A stretch of DNA of 37,258 bases from Candidatus Hadarchaeota archaeon. GTDB taxonomy: Archaea; CAYQAE01; CAYVLA01. This document shows positions 1 through 9,982 of this stretch, one piece after another; the stretch's first letter is position 1, and every line of letters starts with the position of its first letter. Where the stretch lies: positions 1 to 37,258 of the forward strand of contig CAYVLA010000020.1 in the NCBI GenBank assembly GCA_964452145.1. Direction: 5' to 3'. The notes beneath the pieces are model-generated. The model did no database searches, was not told where the DNA came from, and saw only the letters and a program-made list of their open reading frames with translations. The position numbers were made by a program, and so were the translations under genes.

Positions 1-978
1 ACGATCTCGCACGTCGGCATACGTGAGAGGAGGATACTCGTGTCAGGGTCGAAGGTCAACGTGGGAAGCATAGGCGGCGTGGCCACAAAGGAGGAGTACA
101 GGAACCGTGGCCTAGCAACGTGTCTCATGAAAGAAGCGATGGAGAGGATTGAGGGTGACGGCGGGGACATCATGTTTGTCTCCGGTGACAGGGGGCTGTA
201 CCGTAGGCTTGGGTGCAGGGATGCATCCGAGTTCTACCGTGCGATGGTGGACCGCCGGGCCGCGGAGAGGCTATCGTCTCCTACTAAGACCGAGATTGCG
301 GCAGCCAGTAAGGAGGACGTTGCCACCTTGGCATCACTGTACGATCAGGAGCCGGTGCGCTGGGAGCGGTCCCTAGAGGAGTTCGGCAGACTGTTGGGAG
401 GGAGCGCCGTCCCGCTGTGGCGTCCGGTGGAGCCGTTCCTCATCCTACAGGGCGGGCGTTGCAAGGCTTACCTCATGATCCAGAAGCCGGATGAATCGAA
501 AAGAGAACAGGAAGGATCTGTCTATGCCTCCGAGTACGCAGGGTCGAGAGCCGTCATACTGGGTTCTGTGAAGAAGGTTCTCGAAGAAGCCAACGCAAAG
601 CGGATCGTGTTCCACGTCCCTGGCCATGATCGGGAGTTGCTTGCCGGGTTCAGAGAGATGGGGGTTGGATTGGAGTCGGAGACGCTTCCCGGCCACACTT
701 TCAAGATACTTAATCCCGTCCGGCTGATAGACAGGCTTAGACCCTATTTCCAGGAGCGGCTAGGCCCAAGCCTTGCGGCGGATCTATCGTGGCATTCGGA
801 GGGAAGCCGGTTTTCACTACGGTTGCATGGGGAGAGCGTTGCCTTCAACGGCGATCTGGAAAGACTCGTGCTGGGGCCTCATTCCAAACTCGAACCGGGA
901 TCTGGGACTCGTTTCCCCAAGTTCATCAGCTCCCTCTTCCCAGTGCCCTTTCCCTGGCCAGGCTTGAACGGTTTCTGA
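1..978 (+). CDS. Eis-like GNAT acetyltransferase (5'-partial)
   Basis: The frame is open from base 1 (TISHVGIRERRILVSGSKV...), so the gene starts upstream of the window. Acetyl-CoA motif IGGVATKEEYRNRGLATCLM and GLYRRLG; the tandem GNAT layout resembles Eis-family proteins. Confidence 0.85.
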   Translation, partial: TISHVGIRERRILVSGSKVNVGSIGGVATKEEYRNRGLATCLMKEAMERIEGDGGDIMFVSGDRGLYRRLGCRDASEFYRAMVDRRAAERLSSPTKTEIAAASKEDVATLASLYDQEPVRWERSLEEFGRLLGGSAVPLWRPVEPFLILQGGRCKAYLMIQKPDESKREQEGSVYASEYAGSRAVILGSVKKVLEEANAKRIVFHVPGHDRELLAGFREMGVGLESETLPGHTFKILNPVRLIDRLRPYFQERLGPSLAADLSWHSEGSRFSLRLHGESVAFNGDLERLVLGPHSKLEPGSGTRFPKFISSLFPVPFPWPGLNGF

Positions 979-1191
979 TGCCACCTGCTAGGTGCATCCC
1001 CGATCCCATCCATGCTATCTTATTGGGCCTTAACCACTACGGGGGTGGAAGGTACCTGCTCTTCGCCAAGTCCCCTTCCGTAATCATCTTCCAAGGTGGG
1101 AAACGTGCAAGTTCCAGAACGAATGGTTTCAGACCAGAGCCTCCTTAGAGCCTGCTAAGGATAGACAAGCACGGGCTGCGGTCTTCGACAC

Positions 1192-2940
1192 CTACCAGCA
1201 CCGAGCCTTCTTGCCGCGCAAGACCAGGATTGCCAGCATCCCTGTTGCGAGGGCCAGGTGCACGGTTTCCCGGATCGCCTTCACGATCGCGTCCATCTCC
1301 TGCTGGGATGCGAACAGCCCCCCATACTTCTCTACAAGGACGTTAGGGTCGAATCTCGACGGGTCCGATGGCAACATGCTCGGCGTTGCCGCAGACACCT
1401 CTCCCGCCCCAAGCAGCACTGTCTTGCTCCTCTGCAGGTCCGAAACCTCGACACTACCCTCCAAGACCAGCACAATGCTTCCCCCCTCCCCCGCATCAAC
1501 CAGGTAGTCCGTGCCTCTCGGAGAGGTGACGCAGACCGGGGTCCTTATCTCAAACTTGGCCTTCGGTTTAAGCGACTTGATCACCGACCTGATCCTCCCC
1601 ACTACAAGGTCAAGCACCGTGGGCTCCTCCCGCTTCGGCAGCACAAGGCTCGCGCCTCCAGAGACATAGACACGGTTCCCCTCGCCAAAGATCGAGCTTT
1701 CCAGCCAGACTATGGTAGCAGGTGCATCCCCACCCCGGATGCTGTCCCCAGCACCCAGATATATCTCCTCAGAAGGCCCATCCACCTTCACCCAATCCTC
1801 AGAACCTGCCTTCCTGACGTAGTAACCGCTCCCCGAAACCGCGGCAACCCTATCCTCCACCGGCGGGTTAGTCCACCTCGGCGCGAAACCCCACCTCGGC
1901 AACAAGGTGATCCGCACCGGGTTTGCTCTGACGTACTCGTCTGGATGGCCGTACCGCTCCAGAACCACCACGGGCTTAAGCACCACATCCAGAGGCAGGA
2001 TCTGGCTGTACTCGGTGGCGCCTCGCCTCAGCCGATCATCTATGGACACCGACACATCCACGGTTGCCTGACCGCTCACACTCACATGGGCCCCATCCAG
2101 GCTTAGCTGAAAGCCCTCTATGATCTCGTTGTGTTCTCCCCAGCTTGGATCGGTCTCGAACTGGAGGTGCACCTCTCCGCTGTACCCATTCACGGCGATT
2201 GTGACATGCTCCTGCGCGGAGTAGTACTCGTCGTACTTTGACAGCCACATGGTTGGCGCCTGGGCCGTCGCCGTCGTTTGCTTGATGGATGGCTCAACGA
2301 TGTCTATGCCTTGGAGAATCAGCTCTGTGATCTCGGCGTTATGCTCGGCGCAGGTCTTGCCGGCGATCCGCCATTTCATGCTCAGATTGCCCTCCGACCA
2401 GTCTGGGAAGTAGTAAGCTGCCTGGAATCCCAGCTCCACGTAGGGCGTTTCCATCCCGTCGGAGTGCTCGTGGGAGGACTCCTTGAGCGCTATGATTAGA
2501 TTGAACTTGCCTGTCTGCGCGCCGTCCGTGTAGTAGGCTTCGCGTCCGTCTATCTCTGTGCGGCGTGCACCGGCTCCCATGTAGATCCTCATCGCCTCGG
2601 ATGGATCCCCGGCTAGGCCTCCGCCCGATATGACCAGTGAGAAGGTGTGAGGAAAGGATATCGACGAGATACATTCGTCCTTCTTGTAAGTGGACTGCAC
2701 CACCATCGGGCCCTCGGCCAGGTACCAGATCGGGTATGCACCAGGTATGCTTCTTTCCAGAACATAGCCTGGCGGCGTGCGAATTGACAGATGATAGCCC
2801 TTGAGACGGGGCTCAACCTGCCCCAGGAAGCTGGCTTCAGCGACAAGATCCACCTCCAAGGCCATTGCCGGGGTTGCGAGTGCCATGACCAACAAGGGTA
2901 GCGCAACAATCCAGGCCTTTTCCGGGCTCACGATGTCCAA
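1192..2940 (-). CDS. Secreted, C-terminally membrane-anchored FecR-domain protein
   Basis: N-terminal signal peptide (WIVALPLLVMALATPAMA). FecR-type motif LDLVVGRIRS...FEIRTPVCVTSPRGTDYLV...VLVLEGSVEV. C-terminal IRE + hydrophobic segment + RGKK. Confidence 0.8.
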   Translation of the reverse strand: MDIVSPEKAWIVALPLLVMALATPAMALEVDLVAEASFLGQVEPRLKGYHLSIRTPPGYVLERSIPGAYPIWYLAEGPMVVQSTYKKDECISSISFPHTFSLVISGGGLAGDPSEAMRIYMGAGARRTEIDGREAYYTDGAQTGKFNLIIALKESSHEHSDGMETPYVELGFQAAYYFPDWSEGNLSMKWRIAGKTCAEHNAEITELILQGIDIVEPSIKQTTATAQAPTMWLSKYDEYYSAQEHVTIAVNGYSGEVHLQFETDPSWGEHNEIIEGFQLSLDGAHVSVSGQATVDVSVSIDDRLRRGATEYSQILPLDVVLKPVVVLERYGHPDEYVRANPVRITLLPRWGFAPRWTNPPVEDRVAAVSGSGYYVRKAGSEDWVKVDGPSEEIYLGAGDSIRGGDAPATIVWLESSIFGEGNRVYVSGGASLVLPKREEPTVLDLVVGRIRSVIKSLKPKAKFEIRTPVCVTSPRGTDYLVDAGEGGSIVLVLEGSVEVSDLQRSKTVLLGAGEVSAATPSMLPSDPSRFDPNVLVEKYGGLFASQQEMDAIVKAIRETVHLALATGMLAILVLRGKKARCW

Positions 2941-3099
2941 GCCTCCCGACAGGGCTCTTGAGTGGAGGCTGCATGGTCTCCGGCGAGCCTAATAGTTCTC
3001 ATGTTCCTTCCGTTCCACGGATAAGCCTTTCTGGCTCATAAATCTAAGGTCATGAGTCATGAGTTTGTTTGCAGAGTCTGCCTCCCCCTTTCTCATTCC

Positions 3100-3420
3100 A
3101 TATGGAATCGGCTCGCTCAGCCTGACGCACGCCGACTGTTTCTTTGCTCTGTTTCCTGTTCCAGCAGACGACGCCCAGGTAGATTTCGGTCTGGATTCTG
3201 ATTCAGATTGTGTAACCTGACTACATCTAGCGGCGTTCGCGCAGGATGGTGGGGCGAACACTCCTTAGCCGGAACTAAGGATACAATGCTCGATGCCTAT
3301 GGATCTGCCAGGAGCAACCAGTCCTATGCTCCCGAATCACACGGCTCCCGGCGCGATCCGAGAGTCATCGTGACCCTGACCCAACACACATCTAGAAAGC
3401 ACGGCTCACGATGTGGCGGA
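3100..3420 (-). pseudogene. Possible eroded large serine recombinase (recombinase-domain fragment)
   Basis: One minus frame reads HIVSRAF*MCVG ... *SGYTI*IRIQTEIYLGVVCWNRK. RIA/REPCDSG lies between them across a frameshift. This resembles the IVRRIFE..G....IARELN..G...WS..TI..IL.NE.Y.G...WN pattern. Confidence 0.35.
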
Positions 3421-3572
3421 CCCGACCTGCGACACCTACCCAGTTGCAGAAGCTCCGAGGCCGCACCCGCTGAGCATGAGACACAAAGGCATACATACAC
3501 ACATACACACAAAAACATTCAAGAGAAAAGCGAAGCTGGCTCGATCCAGAGAAGGGAGCGTGTCCGGGGGCT

Positions 3573-4700
3573 ATGTCTCGACAGGCCCGCAAGGCAGACT
3601 GGGTAACACGGCTTGAAATGGAGAAGGAGAGAAGATCGTTCACCTACATCGGACAGAAGGTGTCCGTTTCACCCGAGGAGTTCGTTGTAATCCAACCCGA
3701 CGGGGAACGGAGGTTCGATAGGGCGAGGAGCACCGTAGAGATCAAGAGAATCACCAGACGAGCGTTCTATCCGACAGTTGTTGGCTTCTACCTTGCCGTG
3801 AGCCTCCTGGTCGTAAGCCTCTTTACGGCCGTGGAGAGCCCGTCTCCTAATGAACCCGAGGGGTTGGCGTTCATAACGCTCCATGGCCTTCCCCTCGTCC
3901 CGACGGAGCGATTAGCGGGCCGGCTTGAGGGCGAGGGCTTGAACGTGTCAAAGATCCACATCCGTGACGTGGAGTACCGGGAACACATATGCCCGGTATG
4001 CGGCATCAAGAGCGCTTCCGAGCTATGCGAGGAGTGCGGCGTCCCCATGCAACCCACGGGACGCGTCGAGATAGTGCCACAGTACGCATACCACCTCCAA
4101 GCCGGACCCGGGCTTCAGTTCGGGATCATTGTGACAGCATTGATCCTCCTTTTCCAGCCGACCATTCTCTCCTTCGTCCTGCACCCGGCCACATCCGCCG
4201 TCGCGTCAGCATTCCTGCATATGTGCCTCTACGTGGCGGGGCCACTGACCCTACCTACACTGGTTTTCGTCAAGGTCGAGGACCTCTACGGGTTTGGGTG
4301 GGCACCCTTCTTCTACTCCCTCCTAGCCATATCCCTGATAGCAGCGGGAAGGATGCTGTCCCAGACCATGAGGGCTCACTATATTGCCTTTCAGCAGGGG
4401 GATGAGAAGGTGGCGTTGAGGTGGGCAAACCCGGAGGGGGCAGCCCTGGCCAGTCACATCAAAGGAAGAACGAGCATCGAGGCACACATCTGGAGACGCC
4501 TGTACCGGTTTATGGGTCTGGGCCGACTGGCCGGGTCAAGGCAGAAGCCGTGCTACTACTGCCAGGACAGGACGTTGACCGAGTGTCTCAGATGCTTCAA
4601 GCCCATCTGCTCAAGACACACGGCCAAGCTGAGGGGGTACAAGGTGTGCCTGGAGTGCTTCATCCAGCGGAGAGGAAAGAGAAAACCCTCGCTACGCTAG
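3573..4700 (+). CDS. Multi-pass membrane protein with an internal double zinc ribbon and a C-terminal B-box-like Cys/His zinc finger
   Basis: About 4 hydrophobic segments; CPVCG...CEECG; C-terminal CYYC-x7-CLRCFKPICSRH-x9-CLEC. The start may be ATG 3618. Confidence 0.75.
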   Translation: MSRQARKADWVTRLEMEKERRSFTYIGQKVSVSPEEFVVIQPDGERRFDRARSTVEIKRITRRAFYPTVVGFYLAVSLLVVSLFTAVESPSPNEPEGLAFITLHGLPLVPTERLAGRLEGEGLNVSKIHIRDVEYREHICPVCGIKSASELCEECGVPMQPTGRVEIVPQYAYHLQAGPGLQFGIIVTALILLFQPTILSFVLHPATSAVASAFLHMCLYVAGPLTLPTLVFVKVEDLYGFGWAPFFYSLLAISLIAAGRMLSQTMRAHYIAFQQGDEKVALRWANPEGAALASHIKGRTSIEAHIWRRLYRFMGLGRLAGSRQKPCYYCQDRTLTECLRCFKPICSRHTAKLRGYKVCLECFIQRRGKRKPSLR

Positions 4701-4731
4701 GACCAGAACTGGGGGAACGGAGAGACCTTGC

Positions 4732-6942
4732 ATGAGGAGCGCATTGAGACGGATCATGGTCGTCGGGTTGGCTGTCTTATGGGCGTACGGCTTCTTGGCC
4801 TGTGCCCATGGATCGCAAGATTCATGGCCCCTGCCCGAGGCTATAATGGGTTTTGGCAGTCTTCAACGAGCACAGTGGGACCCCAATGGCCGCTTCTTGG
4901 CGACCCTGGGTTCGTCAAGCGTCCAGCTCTGGCACAGAAACGGAAGCCTGGCCAGGGTTCTTCCAAGCCCCGGCCTTACACTGGCAGGTTTCTCCTGGTC
5001 TCCGGACGGCTCCAAGATCGCGCTGGCCAACTGTCTGGGAGAGATCACGATTCTGGACCTATCCAACCTTACCCATGTGACCAGCCTGGCAGCACGCGAA
5101 CCAGCGATGGGCTTCGATGTGATGCGCTGGGACTGGCCCCTGGCCTGGTCGCCTGACGGATCACTCCTAGCCCTCTGCTGGTGGGACGGGCAGACACAGA
5201 TACTGGATGTGAAGAAGGATGACCTGGTCTGTGTTCTAACCGGTACCACGAGCCCGTCGGGGCACTATCTCGAGACGGACATGAACGTGGAGTGGTCTCC
5301 AGACGGTTCAAGGCTTCTAAGATCGGGCGGAGGATCCACACGGATCTACAACCTCTCCTGGAGAGAGGCCCTCAGGCTAGAAGGGGATCTGGGGACCTTC
5401 TCACCTGACGGAAGCATGGTCGCGGCAAAGTGCTATGGCGGCAACTCCTGCTGCATGGTCAACCTCTACTCATCCACCAGCGGTGCCGTCATCCGGTCCG
5501 TGAACGTCACCGCAACAAGCCTGCCCAGGTGTCTTGAGTGGTCCCCCGGTGGATCGTTTCTGGCCTTGGGGACATCGGGAGGGAGGATCCTGGTGTGGAG
5601 GTGGGAGACTGGGGAGATTGTGTCCAATCTCTCGGCCCACGGATGTCCCGTCATGTCGCTGTCTTGGACTGGTCCGAGTCTGGTCTCGGCCTCCGAGGAT
5701 GAGACCGTGAAGATGTGGAGCGCGGATCCCGGTTCCGGCACACTCACTTATCGTTTCTCCTTGCGGGGTTGGGGAGGAGAGGTGGGATCTCTGTCCTGGT
5801 ATCCTGACGGGAAGCGACTTCTCGTAGGCCGTGCAGGCTACCCGTACCAGGTCGGGGCAGGCTACGGCGGCCGGATAGACATTTATGGGGAGGATCTGTC
5901 AGTTCAGCTTGAAATCGATCTTCCCTGGGGTTTGGGCGGTCTTGGAGCGGTGGACGTGTCTGCGGACGGCAAGATGATCGCGGGGATCAGGGGGACCCTT
6001 GCTGGTTGTGATGTGTGTATCTGGGACGCACGGTTCGGCTCCCTATCCAAGGTCTTGCCCCTGCAGGGGGAGTTGAACTGTTTGGCCTGGTGCCCCGCCC
6101 AGTCCAGGCTTCTCGCCGTCTCGGGGCCAGGAGGGGTGGCGGTATGGGATGTTGAGGGAGCTGACGAGCCGGTCCTGCATCTTCCTTTGGTGGGGGATGC
6201 CGTGTGTCTGGCCTGGTCGCCTGGAGGGAGGTTCCTTGCTGTGGGGCTTTACTCGGACCTTGACGCCCTCTCCAGGGTTGAGGTTTGGGATCCGTGGACG
6301 CCCGTATCGGTGGCGAGTGTGCCGGTTCTCAGAGAGTACGGTAGACGTCTCGTGTCCGTTGCCTGGTCGCCTGACGGGTCCAAGGTTGCATGCCTTGCCG
6401 GATTCAAGCAGAGGGTTGAGGAGGGGCCATTGACCTGCTCGTGTACGGGTAGGTTCTATACCGGGACGGTTCTGGTCTGGGATGTGCGCCAGGGGGGAGA
6501 AGGGTCCCAGACCGTCCTCGATCTGGCATTGACGGGCTGCGGATCGGTGGAGAATATCCCTCCACCTCGGGATGTTCCACTGCGGTGTCTTGGTTGGGCT
6601 CCGAACTCCACGATGCTTGTTGCCGGTGGCGGGGTGTGGAGGCTTGAGGGGGGTAGCCTTGTTTTCGCAGCGAATCTGACAGGTTTCGTTAGGCCGGTGT
6701 CCTCCGTGTCATGGTCTCCAGATGGGTCCCGGATGGCCGCTGGAGACCTGGATGGTTGTGTGCGAGTGTGGCGGGTAGGCCCACCGATGGCGGTTGGGGA
6801 GGAGTTCCCCTATACGCTTGTCCTGGTCCCCTTGGCCTTGGGACTGGTTCTGCGGAGGGCTAGGCCCAGAGATCTTCGAGAAACGAGAAGGCATAAGCTC
6901 GGCGAGAACATGAGTATGAGATCGGATGTTAGTGCGATCTAA
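4732..6942 (+). CDS. Secreted WD40-repeat beta-propeller protein with C-terminal membrane anchor
   Basis: Signal peptide; many WSPDG/WSPGG...VWD repeats (probably two propellers); C-terminal VGE + hydrophobic segment + RRAR. Confidence 0.9.
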   Translation: MRSALRRIMVVGLAVLWAYGFLACAHGSQDSWPLPEAIMGFGSLQRAQWDPNGRFLATLGSSSVQLWHRNGSLARVLPSPGLTLAGFSWSPDGSKIALANCLGEITILDLSNLTHVTSLAAREPAMGFDVMRWDWPLAWSPDGSLLALCWWDGQTQILDVKKDDLVCVLTGTTSPSGHYLETDMNVEWSPDGSRLLRSGGGSTRIYNLSWREALRLEGDLGTFSPDGSMVAAKCYGGNSCCMVNLYSSTSGAVIRSVNVTATSLPRCLEWSPGGSFLALGTSGGRILVWRWETGEIVSNLSAHGCPVMSLSWTGPSLVSASEDETVKMWSADPGSGTLTYRFSLRGWGGEVGSLSWYPDGKRLLVGRAGYPYQVGAGYGGRIDIYGEDLSVQLEIDLPWGLGGLGAVDVSADGKMIAGIRGTLAGCDVCIWDARFGSLSKVLPLQGELNCLAWCPAQSRLLAVSGPGGVAVWDVEGADEPVLHLPLVGDAVCLAWSPGGRFLAVGLYSDLDALSRVEVWDPWTPVSVASVPVLREYGRRLVSVAWSPDGSKVACLAGFKQRVEEGPLTCSCTGRFYTGTVLVWDVRQGGEGSQTVLDLALTGCGSVENIPPPRDVPLRCLGWAPNSTMLVAGGGVWRLEGGSLVFAANLTGFVRPVSSVSWSPDGSRMAAGDLDGCVRVWRVGPPMAVGEEFPYTLVLVPLALGLVLRRARPRDLRETRRHKLGENMSMRSDVSAI

Positions 6943-6984
6943 GAGTGCCTTACGGCTCCGAACCGGTGGCCATAACCTCCATTA

Positions 6985-7352
6985 GATCTCGGCTTCTCGA
7001 AGATGGCAATGGACCTTTCCATTGTCCGAGACCGGGAAAGGAAGCCACCTGGGACAAGAAAGGGAAAGCTTTCTTTTGGGGAAGAAGCCGAGGCCAGGCC
7101 AGCCCAAGAAATATACGGAGAGGCATGAGGCGGAGACATAGCCCAGGCTTGCGCCAAACCACCCGAGAGAAGGAAGAGATGGTCGTTTAGATGGATCACA
7201 GAGGAGATGAGGAAGAGGAAGGGGTTTGAGACGATAAACCGGAAGGGCGTCCAGCTTGTTCTAGAAAAACGGGGACAATGCCTTCGGTGGGGAAGGTATG
7301 GCGCATCCAGAGAATGGATGCCGCTTTAGGGCGTGTATGTATGACGCCTTGC
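6985..7352 (+). mobile_element. IS630-family transposase remnant (frameshifted, truncated)
   Basis: Fragments in successive frames: KKPRPGQPKKYTERHEAE (from 7082), IAQACAKPPERRKRWSFRWITEEMRKRKGFETINRKGVQLVLEK (from 7138), KVWRIQ, FRACMYDAL. These match the IS630 PRPG.P / AC..PP.GR.RWS / W.I / F.ARM.DVL motifs. No DDE domain is evident. Confidence 0.75.
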
Positions 7353-7480
7353 GTGAGGAGGCTCTAGGGAGCATCTCGGTGTACAAAAGCCTCGCCCGAG
7401 AATATTCGGAATCGGGATCGCTCAGTTATCAATCCGGGGACCAAAGAGCGGCCTTCGCAGCATCCCATCAATGGGGCGAT

Positions 7481-8734
7481 TCAACGATACTCATTATACA
7501 AGTCATAAAGGTTCCTTCCCGGAACCGTCACAACGTCATACCCTTGGCTGCGTAGATCTTCTGCCTTCTTGAATGGACCCAAGTCCACCAAGATGACATC
7601 TGGGTGGGTATCAAGCCGATTGAGATCTTTGAGTGTTGCACCTCCATTGATGTAGGTGACCCCAACAACGGCAACGTCTTCACCAACGTCCCTTCTCACC
7701 AACTCTCCAAGGTCGGATAGGTCCTCGAGGATTCTCCTAGAGTAGCCTCCCCGGATCTTGTCTCCCTCATACTCGAGATACTCCCATTCAAGACAATACT
7801 CCTCGATAATGCGACCCAGTTCGGTAACTTCGATGGGGCGCTTGAACGATACGCTCGCGGGAGCAAGTCTATCAGGGGCGCTGGCGGAGAGTTCTTCTAG
7901 GAGGGCTTTCTTCTCATCGATGTACAGATCCAGCTCTTTCCTGGAGCCAAGAGTCGCATTCTCCCTCAGCACGACGGTTCTTGCCTCACCCGTGATGATA
8001 GCACACTCGCTCTGGTTGAGCACACCACTGGCAAGTCCCCACTTGAAGGTGTGCTGAAGGTTGCCATGCTCTAGTCGGGTCGTTCCCCGTATCGCATATG
8101 CTGCCCAAGGAAATGTCAGAGCCCAGCTCTGATTCATGTCTTGGCCTGTTTGGTCTCCTCCCTCCTCATAGTAACCCGGAATGGGCGTCACCAGCTCTGC
8201 GCTCAGACTGTCAACGGTTACGCGACCCCCGCTGGGGACGAGCAGGACGTTAGGTCTCGAGACATCGTCGAGATCCCATAATCTTCTCCATCCGTCCCTC
8301 CATTCAACCCCTCCCTTTGCATAGGGTTGATAGGATTGAACACAGACCTTTGGGTCGCACTCATACTCTATCTCGAAGAAAACGAGGAGGTCTTCGCGGA
8401 AGTTGTTCTCCACCACAAATATGCAGCCCACGGACCATCGCACTTTGCCCTTGTAGGCCGGGTCGTCTGCCATCGGCCGCGCACGGAACTGTGGAGAGCC
8501 CACCAACACCAAGTCACCGGGCTGGGGTTGCCATGAGTCGTCTGGCAAGAGTGCCTTGATGCTCTCTATCCCTTGGAGGGTGGAATTGAGGTCTTCCTTG
8601 AGGTTGCTGACCCTAGTTATCATGTCCTGGAGGTCCGAGTTGAGCCTTACAGTCCTGAGAACCAGCGCGCCCACGACGAGCACTAGGACAACCATGACCA
8701 AACCCATAACCAGCGCAGAACTCCTCATCAACAC
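7481..8734 (-). CDS. Hypothetical protein with N-terminal membrane anchor and short coiled coil
   Basis: 417-aa ORF; N-terminal TM (ALVMGLVMVVLVLVVGALVL) followed by heptad-like LQDMITRVSNLKEDLNSTLQGIESIK; GGTGA RBS just upstream. Confidence 0.75.
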   Translation of the reverse strand: MLMRSSALVMGLVMVVLVLVVGALVLRTVRLNSDLQDMITRVSNLKEDLNSTLQGIESIKALLPDDSWQPQPGDLVLVGSPQFRARPMADDPAYKGKVRWSVGCIFVVENNFREDLLVFFEIEYECDPKVCVQSYQPYAKGGVEWRDGWRRLWDLDDVSRPNVLLVPSGGRVTVDSLSAELVTPIPGYYEEGGDQTGQDMNQSWALTFPWAAYAIRGTTRLEHGNLQHTFKWGLASGVLNQSECAIITGEARTVVLRENATLGSRKELDLYIDEKKALLEELSASAPDRLAPASVSFKRPIEVTELGRIIEEYCLEWEYLEYEGDKIRGGYSRRILEDLSDLGELVRRDVGEDVAVVGVTYINGGATLKDLNRLDTHPDVILVDLGPFKKAEDLRSQGYDVVTVPGRNLYDLYNEYR

Positions 8735-9360
8735 ATCACCTGCAAAGTCCCAGCCTCATCAGCAAGGAGAGGGCGCTTTTCTGGATCTACCTCTCCGAGT
8801 GGATGGCCACAACTGCTGCATCCCTTCTGCCAAGATAAATGATGTCGCTCTCTTGGCGGCCTGGCTCAGAACCCTTGCCCTGCCTCGCCACGAGACACTG
8901 ACCAGAGACATCATTCCAGTCTGCGGGGCCCCTTCCGTGGGTGGATGAATCCATACCAAACGTACTGCATCAGATCAAAGTGGAACTGAGGAGGCTTGCC
9001 CGAGCTGCCCGAGACGTATGACACACCGGGCGATGTGCCACGATCTGCCATCAAGCCCTACCCAGATGCCATTTTGAGTTGGGGCCAAGATACTGAGGTA
9101 GGTTCGAGTTGAACCGCTTTCTGGGCTAGATGAGTAACGGGCTTGCCGTGTGGGCCAGGGGACAGACCTAGCCCTCCATCAAACAGATAACCCTGGACCT
9201 CGGCCACGAACGATGACGACTAGAAGAGAGGGTCGGTCCGGTCAATCCTCCCGTTGTCACTGATCCGCCTTTCGTCCTGAGTTCTATCACACTCACAAAT
9301 TGGGATTGCTCTGATGGTAAGAGTAATCAAGCTTGCGCACCCGGTCAAGCGAACCACAGA

Positions 9361-9795
9361 GTGGTGATACGTCAGATGAACCTAGAAACCGAGCAATGGC
9401 TGCCGTTGTTGAAGCAACTGAAAGATGCCTTCGATGAACTCAAATCTCCCCTACGAATAGAACTGCCGTCAAAAGGCTCCAAGCTAATCGTGGAATATAT
9501 TCCGAGATCCGGCGGGATTCCATCCCGGGAAAGCCCGGTCGCGGTGGAGGTTGAGACATCGCCCAGCAAGACCGCAATTCGGCGACCCCACAAGTGTCCT
9601 GAATGTGGCCAGAGATTCGTACAGAAGGCATGGCTCAATAAGCATATCAAGCGGAACCATCCCAAGGCCAAGAAGACTGCTTCAGAGAAGGTTTGCCAAG
9701 TGTGTGGGCGGCGCATTCCAGCAAAAGGCATGGGCCCCCACATGGCGATGCACAAGCGCCAGAAACAAGCCCAAGCCCCCAAACCTGCACCCTAG
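9361..9795 (+). CDS. Small basic protein with two C2H2 zinc fingers
   Basis: CPECGQRFVQKAWLNKHIKRNH (canonical C-x2-C-x12-H-x4-H) and CQVCGRRIPAKGMGPHMAMH. Confidence 0.8.
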   Translation: MVIRQMNLETEQWLPLLKQLKDAFDELKSPLRIELPSKGSKLIVEYIPRSGGIPSRESPVAVEVETSPSKTAIRRPHKCPECGQRFVQKAWLNKHIKRNHPKAKKTASEKVCQVCGRRIPAKGMGPHMAMHKRQKQAQAPKPAP

Positions 9796-9982
9796 CGGAT
9801 CTGGGCGTTTTCCTCTCAGCTCTGGATCTCTCCCTTATTTAGAACAAGCGTTAGCAGCAACTAAGGATCCAGGGATATGTCGGATCCAAAGATCCCAGCA
9901 AATCTCCGCCACAGGCCGCTTGACACTGGTCCCGCTCGACCAGCTTCATCCCTCGTCGGCAACCTGGCACGCATGCCCGCAG

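Noticed and set aside
1258..2106. Long antisense ORFs (e.g. 1258..2106, 11186..12049, 15432..16154, 20810..21565, 32039..32707)
   Set aside because: These are shadows of well-supported genes in GC-rich DNA, with no recognisable motifs.
3481..3515. AC-rich tract (ATACATACACACATACACAC) as a second contingency repeat
   Set aside because: It is interrupted and imperfect, and no frame links it to a long ORF. The CVCV-type peptides on the minus strand end quickly.
8735..9360. Short ORFs in the gap before the zinc-finger gene
   Set aside because: No motif or coherent pseudogene signal found in the frames I read.
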